Positions 39,194-48,070 of a DNA stretch of 64,000 nt are shown here, piece by piece; position 1 is the first letter of the stretch; every line of letters starts with the position of its first letter. The position numbers and the translations under genes are program-made. The notes below the pieces were generated by a model. It was not told the origin of the DNA, searched no databases, and saw nothing but the letters and a program-made list of their open reading frames with translations. Source of the DNA: an uncultured Candidatus Rokubacteria bacterium (GTDB taxonomy: Bacteria; Methylomirabilota; Methylomirabilia; Rokubacteriales; CSP1-6); the NCBI GenBank assembly GCA_963754315.1, contig CAVWFS010000008.1, forward strand, positions 352,001 through 416,000, read 5' to 3'.

Positions 39194-39592
39194 ATGACGG
39201 CAGTAGGAATCGCACCAACGGCAACCGAAGCCGACGTGCTCCAGGCCGACGATCGTCGATTCGAGGCCATGCGGCGCGGGGACTGGGCGGCCCTCGACGC
39301 GGTGCTGTCTGATGACCTGACCTATGTGCATTCCACGGCCCGCCTGGAGTCGAAGGCCGAGCACATCGCCAACCTCCGCGCGGGCAAGCCGCACTACCGC
39401 GGCATAACCCCACGCGAGCGACGTGCGCGCGTGCACGGAGGGGTAGGCGTTGTGAACGGCGTCTCGCAGATGCACGTCGAGCGAGACGGCAAGGAGCAGC
39501 GCTTTACCGTCCGCTACCTGGCGGTCTATGCCAAGGCCGGCGAGCAGTGGAGACTGATCGCCTGGCAGTCCACGCGGGAGCCCGACGCCTAG
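39194..39592 (+). CDS. NTF2-like / DUF4440 family protein
   Basis: LSDDLTYVHS and WRLIAWQST motifs. Confidence 0.82.
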   Translation: MTAVGIAPTATEADVLQADDRRFEAMRRGDWAALDAVLSDDLTYVHSTARLESKAEHIANLRAGKPHYRGITPRERRARVHGGVGVVNGVSQMHVERDGKEQRFTVRYLAVYAKAGEQWRLIAWQSTREPDA

Positions 39593-39615
39593 CGAAGCGA
39601 CCGAGGAGACCTGGA

Positions 39616-40558
39616 ATGTCGGTACTGGTGATCGGCGCGACGGGCTTCATCGGGCCCAGGCTCATCAAGCGCTTGGTCGCGCGCGGCGAAACGGTGGTGG
39701 GCATGGACCTGAACCCTGGCGCGGTGCCCTTCGGCGACGTATCGATCCAGGCGCCGGTGCTCCGCGGGGACATCACGCAATTCGAGGACGTGATGCGGGC
39801 CGTGCTGGAGGTGAAGCCCGAACGGCTCATCAACCTCGCCTACGGCCTGGGAGCGGGTGAGGGCAACCCGCACCAAGTTATGCGCCTCGACGTCCTCGGG
39901 ATGGACAACTGCTTCGAGGCCGCCCGCCTGGGGGGCGTGAAGCGCGTGGTATACGCGAGTTCCATCGCGGTGAGTGGCCAGCAGAGTCACTTTGGTGACC
40001 GGCCGGTAAAGGAGGACGACCCGACCCACGGCACCAGCCAGTATGCGATGCACAAGATCTTCAACGAGTTCCAGGCGCAGAAGTACATCAAGAACTACGG
40101 CATGTCGATCACAGGCGTGCGCCCCGCCAACGTCACCGGGCCTGACAAGGTGCGCGGGTCGACGGACCACGTACAGATCATGGTCGACGCCGCCCGCGGC
40201 AAGCCGGTGCACCTTCCGAAGAAGGGGCTGATGCGCCTGTTGATTCACGTCGAGGACATCGCCGAGGTCTTCACCCGGGTGCTGCTGGCCGACACGCCCC
40301 GCCACCATCTCTACAACTCGGGCGGGATCCCGGTCAGCCTGGGCGAGCTGGCGGACATCGTGCGCGGGTTTTTGCCGAACGCGCAGATCACCTTTGACCA
40401 GGAGGGAGGCCGCGAGGATTCCGGCAACTACCTGGTGGACAATGGCCGTCTCGGTCAGGAGTTCGGCGTCGAATATCCAGGGACTGCACACCCGAGTCCT
40501 CGAGGTCATCAACGATGTACGGCGAGGGGAAGGGCTCCCTCTGGTCACTGGACGATAG
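39616..40558 (+). CDS. NAD-dependent epimerase/dehydratase with an apparent +1 frameshift near 40480
   Basis: GATGFIG, ASSIA and YAMHK motifs; removing one G restores EYPGLHTRVLEVINDVRR...* ending 12 nt before the next ATG. Confidence 0.85.
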
Positions 40559-40570
40559 GAGAGGAACCTC

Positions 40571-41713
40571 ATGCGTTACGAGCGGATCTCGGCGGACTGT
40601 CACCTCGACCTCATCTGGCTGCCTCCGGACTTGTTCGTGTCGGAGGCGCCCCAGGCGCTGAAGGACCGCATGCCCTATGTCGCCGATGGGCCGGAGGGCC
40701 GGCGCTGGGTCGCCAACAACGGGGCCACCTTTGGTCTGGCGGGCGGCGTGGGCGCGTCGGGAACGGCATATGTTCCCGGCAAGCAGCTCCGGGTCGACGT
40801 GATGGCGGCCACCGGCCTGTACGAGGACGGTAAGAAGGGCATCCGGCGTCCGGGCGATCCGCATCTGCGCGTCAAGGAGATGGACCGCGACGGCGTCGAC
40901 GCCGAGGTGATCTACGGCATCCTGGCCGCCGCCGCCAAGCTGAACGACCGCGAGGCATCCAGCGAGATGCTGCGGATCTATAACACCTGGCTGAACGACT
41001 TCTGTCGGCACTATCCCGATCGCCACATCGGCCTGGCTTGCCTTCCCTACGGCGACATCGAGGCGGCCGTGGCCGAGGTCCATCGAGCGGCCAAGCTGGG
41101 CTTCAAGGGCATCGAGCTGTCGTGCTCCTGGGACATGGAGCCCATGTGGCATCCGACCTGGGAACCGCTGTGGGAGGCCATCAACGAGGTGGGGATTCCC
41201 CTGCACTTCCACACCTTCCCGTCCGTGTCACCCAAGCTGCGTGAGCAATACACCGGGCTCACCCAGCGGGCGCTGGCCTACAGCAGCCTGTGCCTCTTCC
41301 AGATGACGTTGGCGAACATCCTGACCGCTCTCATGGGACGCGCGGTGTTCGAGCGCTATCCGAACCTTCGCATCGCCTTTGGCGAGAGCGGCATCGGCTG
41401 GATTCCCTACGTGCTGGATCGCATGGATTTCGAGTGGCAGGACCAGTATCGGGACCTCCCGCTCAAGATGAAGCCGAGCGAGTACTGGCGCAGACAGTGC
41501 AAGGCGACGTTCCAGTTCGACCGGGTGGGAACCAAGCTGATTGACGACATGGGCGTCGAGACTCTCATGTGGGGGTCCGACTATCCGCACCCCGATGGGG
41601 TGTGGCCGGAGTCGGAGAAGTACATCGACGCACAGTTTGGGCACCTGCCCCCAGACGTCACCCGCAAGATGGTCTGCGAGAATGCGGGACGGTTCTACGG
41701 CCTGATGAGCTGA
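40571..41713 (+). CDS. Amidohydrolase family protein (Amidohydro_2)
   Basis: ISADCH, DGVDAEVIY, ESGIGW and WGSDYPH motifs. Confidence 0.9.
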   Translation: MRYERISADCHLDLIWLPPDLFVSEAPQALKDRMPYVADGPEGRRWVANNGATFGLAGGVGASGTAYVPGKQLRVDVMAATGLYEDGKKGIRRPGDPHLRVKEMDRDGVDAEVIYGILAAAAKLNDREASSEMLRIYNTWLNDFCRHYPDRHIGLACLPYGDIEAAVAEVHRAAKLGFKGIELSCSWDMEPMWHPTWEPLWEAINEVGIPLHFHTFPSVSPKLREQYTGLTQRALAYSSLCLFQMTLANILTALMGRAVFERYPNLRIAFGESGIGWIPYVLDRMDFEWQDQYRDLPLKMKPSEYWRRQCKATFQFDRVGTKLIDDMGVETLMWGSDYPHPDGVWPESEKYIDAQFGHLPPDVTRKMVCENAGRFYGLMS

Positions 41714-41757
41714 ACCGGTAGACCGTCTGCACACTCGGCCGAGGGAGGATCCATCGC

Positions 41758-42360
41758 ATGATTCGTGTGGCCGCCTTGTTGGTCGGACTTCTGACCGTCG
41801 CCAGTGTCACCGTCGAGGCTCAGATGCCGCTTCGGATCCGGGGCACGATCACGGCCCTCGACGGCGATGTGCTGTCTGTGAAGACGCGCGAGGGCAAGGA
41901 CGTGAAGGTCGAGCTGACCGACAAGACAGCGGTGGCCACCGTGCAGTCGGTGAAGCTCTCGGACATCAAGCCGGGTGACGGGGTCGGCGCCACCACCCGG
42001 TCGGGTCCCGGTGAGTCGCGCACGGCGCTCGAGGTGCACGTCTTCCCGGCCAGCATGGGCGTGCCCAACGAAGGGCATCGTCCGTGGGATCTCGAGCCAG
42101 AGTCAATGATGACCAATGCCCGGGTCACGGCCGTGGTGGAGTCGACGAGCGGTCGCGAGATCACCCTGACCTACAAGGACGGTTCCCAGAAAATCCTTGT
42201 GCCGGAGGGCACTCCCGTCGTGACCGCCGTGTCCGCCGACCGCTCGGCGCTCAAGCCTGGCGAGTATGTCTTCTTTGGGGCCGCGCAGAGCGCCGACGGC
42301 AAGTTGACCCCCACCGGGCGGATCCAGGTGAGCAAGGACGGCGTCCGGCCTCCGATGTGA
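41758..42360 (+). CDS. Secreted hypothetical protein (DUF5666/OB-fold-like)
   Basis: Signal peptide; RGTI, ALEVHVFP, EGHRPWDL, MTNA and C-terminal PPM motifs; GGAGG SD. Confidence 0.7.
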   Translation: MIRVAALLVGLLTVASVTVEAQMPLRIRGTITALDGDVLSVKTREGKDVKVELTDKTAVATVQSVKLSDIKPGDGVGATTRSGPGESRTALEVHVFPASMGVPNEGHRPWDLEPESMMTNARVTAVVESTSGREITLTYKDGSQKILVPEGTPVVTAVSADRSALKPGEYVFFGAAQSADGKLTPTGRIQVSKDGVRPPM

Positions 42361-42366
42361 AGTCCA

Positions 42367-42401
42367 CGCGGGGAGCCGGGCGCCGCACCCGCTCCCCTGC
42401 G
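42367..42401. terminator. Hairpin between convergent genes
   Basis: CGCGGGGAGC...GCTCCCCTGCG inverted repeat. Confidence 0.5.
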
Positions 42402-42406
42402 GTACA

Positions 42407-43126
42407 TCAGGGGCGGGGGGTCGTCACCAGCCGTTCGTGGAGGGCGCTGAGGATCTCAGCGATCCCAGCCTGGGCCCAGACGTCGAAGAAAGGCGAGTCG
42501 AGCAGCGCAGCGATGTCCTGGCCCCCCCGCGCCTTTGCCAGCTCCTCGGTCTCTCCGGCCCGCGCCGTTCGCAGGTGCCCGATCACGCGCTCCTTGTGAT
42601 AGATGGCGGGATACTCGATGTAGCGGTAGAGCTCGACAAAGTCCTTCGTGAAGAACACGGCGACCGGGACCGTGGCGAACCGCTGGCCGTTCTTCTCGTT
42701 CGCATATTCCAGCACCAGATCGCTGTTGCCGCCGGCGCTGGGGGAGGGTAGACCCTTCATCAGCATCGTGTCGCCGTCACGGACGAAGATGCGCAACTCG
42801 AGACCGCCAGCTTCCGCGAGGCGGGCCAGGTACGGCACGTCGCGCCGGCAGTCGGACGACCAGTCCTCGGAGATCACCAGGATCTTGGCGGGCCCGCCCG
42901 GTTGCGCCGCGAGCCACTTGATGGCGGCCGTCTGCTCTTCGGCGAGACGCGTTCGCGCGTAGCGGTCGCGGAGGAATCCGCTCCAGTCGACGCGAGGACG
43001 GACATGGGCAAACCGCCGAATGTCGAAGCCCTCGCGGCCGAGGTTTTGGGGCGAGCCGATGAAGGTGACGTACTCGGCGAAGGTCATCCCCTGGGCGAAA
43101 CGATCTGGTGTCATCGTGATTGCCAA
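42407..43126 (-). CDS. Thioredoxin-fold protein (Thioredoxin_9-like), WSSDC motif
   Basis: ILVISEDWSSDCRRDVP and TVPVAVF motifs; start 43126 or 43114. Confidence 0.72.
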   Translation of the reverse strand: MAITMTPDRFAQGMTFAEYVTFIGSPQNLGREGFDIRRFAHVRPRVDWSGFLRDRYARTRLAEEQTAAIKWLAAQPGGPAKILVISEDWSSDCRRDVPYLARLAEAGGLELRIFVRDGDTMLMKGLPSPSAGGNSDLVLEYANEKNGQRFATVPVAVFFTKDFVELYRYIEYPAIYHKERVIGHLRTARAGETEELAKARGGQDIAALLDSPFFDVWAQAGIAEILSALHERLVTTPRP

Positions 43127-43177
43127 CCTTTCCCGCGGCAGGCGCTGGACAGAGTGTAAGGACGATGCTGAGCACCG

Positions 43178-44446
43178 TCAAACACGGGTGATCTGCGCCA
43201 CGATCCGGGAGTGAGGCCGCGGCGGGCGGGCCAGCCAGAAACACGCCGCTCCCACCGCGCAGAAGCCGACGGCGATCAGGAAGGCGGCCCGGTAGCTCCC
43301 GGTGAGGTCGTGCACGACGCCGCCGAACCACGGACCCACCGCCCCGCCGATCCCGTTGCCGACGCTCAGGATGCCGTAGATAGCGCCGAACCGGCGCCCC
43401 GCGAAGAGCTGCGAGGCGATCGCGGTAATGATGGGACCGCGGGCGCCGAAGCCGAGGCCGAAGAAGAGGGCGTACGCGTACAGCGCGACCGCCGACGGTC
43501 GCACCTCGAGGGCCAGCAGGCAGAGCGTTCCCACTGCCGTGCAGGCGTACGAAATGGTGACCGAGGTCTCTCGCCCGATGCGATCGGCGGCGATGCCGAA
43601 GGCGATTCGGCCCACCGTGGACAGCAGACCAGTGAGCCCGAAGATACCGGCCACGAACAGGCGTGGGAAGCCGTGATCGACCGCGAACGCCACCTGATGC
43701 GTGACGACCGGGAAGACGGCCAGCGGCGTGCAGAGGTACGCGAAGAAGAGCGCCCAGAACGGTCGCGTCCGAAGGGCATCGGCGACCTCCACGCCTGCCG
43801 GCGCGGGTTCCGGGCTGCCGCTACCCGCCTCGCGTCGAGCTGGCGTGCCCCTCGCGGGCGCATCCCGTATGCCGAACCAGATAAGGGGGACAAGGACAGC
43901 CAGAGTGCCCAGACCAAGGACCGTGTAGGCCGTGCGCCAGCCGTGCACGGCAATTAACCATTGGGCGAGGGGTCCGATGACCAGCACGCCTGCCCCCATG
44001 CCCGAAAAGGCCAGGCCCATGATGCTGCCCCGCCGCTCGGCGAACCACCGTGCGATCAGCGCGCCGCTCGGAATCCAGCTGACCGCACACACCCCGACCG
44101 CGGCGATCACGCCCGTGACCAGGTAGAGCGACCATAGAGATCCGATCTGGCTCGACAGGACGCAGGCGCCGCCGAGCAGGACGGCCCCGCTCAGCATGAC
44201 CAGGCGCGGGCCCAGTCGATCCACAAGCATTCCGACCACCGGCGAGAGCAGGCCCTGCACGATCGACGAGATGGAGAAAGCAGCGGCGGTAGCGCCGCGC
44301 GACCAGCCGAACTCCTCGAGCAAGGCCACGAAGAAGATCGGGAACGCGAAGTAGAGGCCCGAAGCGATGGCCAAGGTGATCCACACCGCGCCGACGACAA
44401 TCCACGGCTCAAACGGGTGGCGGCCTGAGCGCGAAGCAGTTGACAT
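43178..44446 (-). CDS. MFS transporter
   Basis: About 12 TM segments; GMLVDRLGPR and ADRIGR motifs. Confidence 0.9.
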   Translation of the reverse strand: MSTASRSGRHPFEPWIVVGAVWITLAIASGLYFAFPIFFVALLEEFGWSRGATAAAFSISSIVQGLLSPVVGMLVDRLGPRLVMLSGAVLLGGACVLSSQIGSLWSLYLVTGVIAAVGVCAVSWIPSGALIARWFAERRGSIMGLAFSGMGAGVLVIGPLAQWLIAVHGWRTAYTVLGLGTLAVLVPLIWFGIRDAPARGTPARREAGSGSPEPAPAGVEVADALRTRPFWALFFAYLCTPLAVFPVVTHQVAFAVDHGFPRLFVAGIFGLTGLLSTVGRIAFGIAADRIGRETSVTISYACTAVGTLCLLALEVRPSAVALYAYALFFGLGFGARGPIITAIASQLFAGRRFGAIYGILSVGNGIGGAVGPWFGGVVHDLTGSYRAAFLIAVGFCAVGAACFWLARPPRPHSRIVAQITRV

Positions 44447-44522
44447 CTGGCCATCATAAGCTTGCGGCGCCCGGCGCTGGGACCGGGCTTCGAGTTTGGT
44501 CAGAAGTGATAGAGTAGGCCCG

Positions 44523-44889
44523 ATGTCGTCGCCGGCTGGGCCAATCGACTACAAGGCGCTCGTGCAGGACGATCGTATCCACGCCTCGCTCTACACCGAC
44601 CCGCGCATCTTCGCCGACGAGATGGAGCGCATCTTCCATCGCGGCTGGGTCTTCGTGGGCCATGACAGCGAGATCGCGCAGGCGGGCGATTTCGTCACCC
44701 GCCATCTCGGCACCGAGCCCGTCATCATGGTGCGGGGGCGCCGTCCAGGCCAAGCGAGAGACGCACTGGTGGGTCGGGCGCACCACGCACTGGCTCCGCC
44801 CGGTCGACGGCGCCCTGAAGATGAGCCGGAAGAAGGTCGTGCTCGTGAACGCCGCTGAGCCGTTGCCCAATCTAGCCTTCCTGATCTGA
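44523..44889 (+). pseudogene. Deleted Rieske ring-hydroxylating dioxygenase: alpha N-terminus fused to beta C-terminus
   Basis: YTDPRIFADEMERIFHRGWVFVGHDSEI..GDFVT..GTEPVIMVRG, then in another frame LRPVDGALKMSRKKVVLVNAAEPLPNLAFLI*. Confidence 0.85.
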
Positions 44890-44937
44890 GCTTGGCAGTC
44901 TCGTGCTACGTTTGTTCCTCCTTTCGGGAGGTGGCTC

Positions 44938-45687
44938 ATGGGCAAGCTCGAAGGCAAGGTAGCTCTGGTGACGGGTTCCGGTCGCAATATCGGCCGCGCA
45001 ACCGTCTTGCGATTGGCGAGCGAGGGTGCCCACGTCGTCGTCAACGCAAGAACCAACCAGGCGGAGGCTGACTCGGTCGCCCAGGAAGCGCGGGCGTGCG
45101 GGGTGAAGGCCCTCTCCCTCGTCGCCGACGTGGCCAGCGAGGATCAGGTCGTCCGCATGATGGACAAGGCCCTCGCAGAGTTCGGTCGGATCGACATCCT
45201 CATCAACAATGCCGCCATCCGGCCGCACAAACCCTTCCCGGAGCTGACACGGCAGGACTGGGAGGCGGTGAGGGGTGTCGTGCTGGACGGCGCGGTCTAC
45301 TGCACGCGGGCCGTCATCGATTCGATGGTCAGGCATCGCTACGGACGCATCCTGTTCTTTACCGGGGAAGGGGCGTTTGTCGGTGGCAAGGGCCGCGCCC
45401 ACGTCTCCGCGGCCAAGATGGGTCTGGTTGGGCTGGCGCGCGGGCTGGCGTCCGAGTTCGCGGCCCAGAACATCCGGGTCAACGTGGTCTCGCCGGGCAG
45501 CATCGACACCACGCGCGCCAATCCCGAGTGGTACCAAGGACGGGTGCCAGACGCCTCGGGCATCCCGCTCGGTCGTCAGGGGACGGTGGACGAGATCGCC
45601 GCCACCTGCGTGTTTCTGGTCACCGACGACGGGGGCTTCATCACCGGCCAGACCATTCATGTGAATGGCGGCGCCGCCTTCTACTGA
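44938..45687 (+). CDS. SDR family oxidoreductase (atypical catalytic motif)
   Basis: TGSGRNIG, NNAA and VNVVSPG motifs; the YxxxK position reads VSAAK. Confidence 0.88.
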   Translation: MGKLEGKVALVTGSGRNIGRATVLRLASEGAHVVVNARTNQAEADSVAQEARACGVKALSLVADVASEDQVVRMMDKALAEFGRIDILINNAAIRPHKPFPELTRQDWEAVRGVVLDGAVYCTRAVIDSMVRHRYGRILFFTGEGAFVGGKGRAHVSAAKMGLVGLARGLASEFAAQNIRVNVVSPGSIDTTRANPEWYQGRVPDASGIPLGRQGTVDEIAATCVFLVTDDGGFITGQTIHVNGGAAFY

Positions 45688-48070
45688 TCGGTCGCCGCGA
45701 GGAAGCTCCCATCTGACGGAGGGAGCCCAGTCCCACATCGGTCGGCCCCTGCGGCGCAAGGAGGACGACCGCCTGCTCCGGGGGAAGGGTCGGTTCAGCG
45801 ACGATTTCTTGCTACCCGGTCAAGCCCACGCGGCGATGGTGCGCTCGCCTCATCCCCACGCCCGCATCGTGGCCATCGAGCGGGACGCGGCTCGTGCGAT
45901 GTCGGGTGTCCTGGGTTTCTTCACGGGGTCGGACGTGTCCGCCGACGGCCTGGCTGCCATCCCGCACAATCCGGTGCCGTCCAATCGCTACGATCTGAAG
46001 CTGTGCGCACCAGGGGGCGGCGCGATCTTCTTCGGCCCGCACGCGTTGCTGCCGGCCGACCGAACTCGCCACGTGGGCGAGGCGGTGGCCATGGTCGTGG
46101 CCGAGACAAGCGCCCAAGCCGAGGCCGCCGCTGCCGCCGTGCACGTGACGTGGGCTCCGCTGCCCTTCGTGATCGATGCGGCGGAGGCCGTCCAGGGCCG
46201 AGCGCCGGTGGTGTGGGACGAGGTCCCGACGAATGTCTGTGTGGACACCACCTTCGGGAGCGATGCGGCAGCCGTCGACGCCGCCTTTGCGGGGGCGGCC
46301 CACGTTGTGACGCATGAGTTTCACGTTGGGCGCGTGACCGGGGTGCCGATCGAGCCGCGGGCAGCGCTCGGCGTCTGGGATGCGACGAGCGGGCGGTACG
46401 AGCTTTACGCCGGCAGCGGGGGCGCCTTTCGACAGCGTCGTGAGATCGCCGAGGTCTTGGGGCTGACCCCTGAACGGCTGCGCGTGGTCTCGCTCGACGT
46501 CGGCGGCAACTTCGGGACCAAGAACCGGGTCTACGTCGAGTACGGTCTCGTGCTGTGGGCGGCGCGGAGGCTCGGCCGCCCGGTCAAGTTCACGGCGACG
46601 CGGGCCGAGACATTGGTGAGCGATTATCAGGGGCGCGATCTCATCACCCGGGTGGCGCTGGCTCTCGACCTTGATGGCCGCTTCCTGGCGCTCCGCGCCG
46701 ACAACATCTCCAACGTCGGCGCGCGCGCCGTCTCGTTCTCGCCGCTCGGTAAGGGGTCGGCGCTGGTGACCGGTAACTACCACATCCCTCTGGCGCGAGT
46801 GCGGGCGCGGGCCGTGTTCACGAACACCGTTCCAACCCAGGCCTATCGCTCCTCCGGGCGCCCGGAAGTCACGTTCGCCATCGAGCGGCTCATCGACCTG
46901 GCCTCACAGCAGACCGGCATCGATCGGATCGTGCTACGCCGACGCAATCTGATCGGCGAGGCACAGATGCCGTACACGAACCCGTTCGGGATGATCTACG
47001 ACAGCGGGCTCTATGCCGAGAACATGACGCTCGCCATGCAACGCGCCGACTGGGATGGATTCGAGAAGCGCCGAGCGGAGGCTCAGGGGCGGGGCCTCCT
47101 CCTCGGCCGGGGTCTGGCCAACTACGTCGAATCGTCAGTGGGGACGCCCCGCGAGCAGGCGCGCATGACAGTGCGCCCCGATGGTCCGGGCGATTCACCG
47201 CGCGCCGTCGTCGAGGTGGTCGTCGGCACTCAGTCGGCCGGGCAGGGGCACGAGACGAGCTTCGCCCAGGTCGCGGCCGATCGTCTCGGGCTCGACCTCG
47301 ACTCGGTCCGCATCCTGCTCGGTGACACTGACTTCGTTCGCTTCGGAGGCGGCACCCACTCGGGCCGCTCGATGCGCATGGCGGGGACGGTCATCGCCCT
47401 CGCCTGCGATGACCTGATCGCCGAGGGCCGGCGGCGCGCGGCCCAGGTGCTGGAGGCGGCCGAGAGCGATGTGCGCTACGCGTGTGGCCGCTTTACCGTG
47501 GTCGGTACCGACCGGAGCATCAGCCTCTTCGCGATCCCTGACGGGCTCGCGGTCACGCGCGACAACGAGATGCACGAGCCGGTGTTCCCCAACGGATGTC
47601 ACGTGGGCGAGGTGGAGGTGGATCCGGAGACGGGCGCCGTGCGGCTCGCGCGCTACGTCGCCATCGACGACGTGGGCCGCGCCATCAATCCGCTGATCGT
47701 CGATGGCCAGACCCACGGCGGTATCGTCATGGGGCTGGGCCAGGCGCTGTGCGAGGCGTGCGTGGTCGATCCTGCCACCGGTCAGACGCTGACCGGCTCA
47801 TTCATGGACTACTCTCTCTTGCGCGCGGCCGACGTGCCCTCCTTGGCGACCCACCTCAACGAGGTGGCCTCACCCACGAATCCGCTTGGCATCAAGGCGG
47901 GCGGGGAGGGCGGGACCACGCCGGCTCCTGCCGTGATCGCGAGCGCTATCGCCGACGCGCTGGCGCCCGCCGGCGTCACTGACATCCCACTGCCAGCGAC
48001 GCCCGATGCGATCTGGCGTGCCATCCGCCTCGCCGCTCGCGGTCAGGCTACGGGAACCTCGCGTCCTTGA
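45665..48070 (+). CDS. Xanthine dehydrogenase/CoxL-family molybdopterin-binding subunit
   Basis: RKEDDRLLRG, RSPHPHA, DVGGNFG, AYRSSGRPE, GQGHET, GQTHGG and KAGGEGG motifs; start uncertain (45665 to about 45713). Confidence 0.9.
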   Translation: MAAPPSTDRSPRGSSHLTEGAQSHIGRPLRRKEDDRLLRGKGRFSDDFLLPGQAHAAMVRSPHPHARIVAIERDAARAMSGVLGFFTGSDVSADGLAAIPHNPVPSNRYDLKLCAPGGGAIFFGPHALLPADRTRHVGEAVAMVVAETSAQAEAAAAAVHVTWAPLPFVIDAAEAVQGRAPVVWDEVPTNVCVDTTFGSDAAAVDAAFAGAAHVVTHEFHVGRVTGVPIEPRAALGVWDATSGRYELYAGSGGAFRQRREIAEVLGLTPERLRVVSLDVGGNFGTKNRVYVEYGLVLWAARRLGRPVKFTATRAETLVSDYQGRDLITRVALALDLDGRFLALRADNISNVGARAVSFSPLGKGSALVTGNYHIPLARVRARAVFTNTVPTQAYRSSGRPEVTFAIERLIDLASQQTGIDRIVLRRRNLIGEAQMPYTNPFGMIYDSGLYAENMTLAMQRADWDGFEKRRAEAQGRGLLLGRGLANYVESSVGTPREQARMTVRPDGPGDSPRAVVEVVVGTQSAGQGHETSFAQVAADRLGLDLDSVRILLGDTDFVRFGGGTHSGRSMRMAGTVIALACDDLIAEGRRRAAQVLEAAESDVRYACGRFTVVGTDRSISLFAIPDGLAVTRDNEMHEPVFPNGCHVGEVEVDPETGAVRLARYVAIDDVGRAINPLIVDGQTHGGIVMGLGQALCEACVVDPATGQTLTGSFMDYSLLRAADVPSLATHLNEVASPTNPLGIKAGGEGGTTPAPAVIASAIADALAPAGVTDIPLPATPDAIWRAIRLAARGQATGTSRP

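Noticed and set aside
39547..40833. 428-aa epimerase with a long tail
   Set aside because: The tail results from the frameshift at 40480 and overlaps the next gene.
45665..48070. Aerobic CO dehydrogenase coxL
   Set aside because: It lacks the AYxCSFR motif and the coxM/S and accessory genes.
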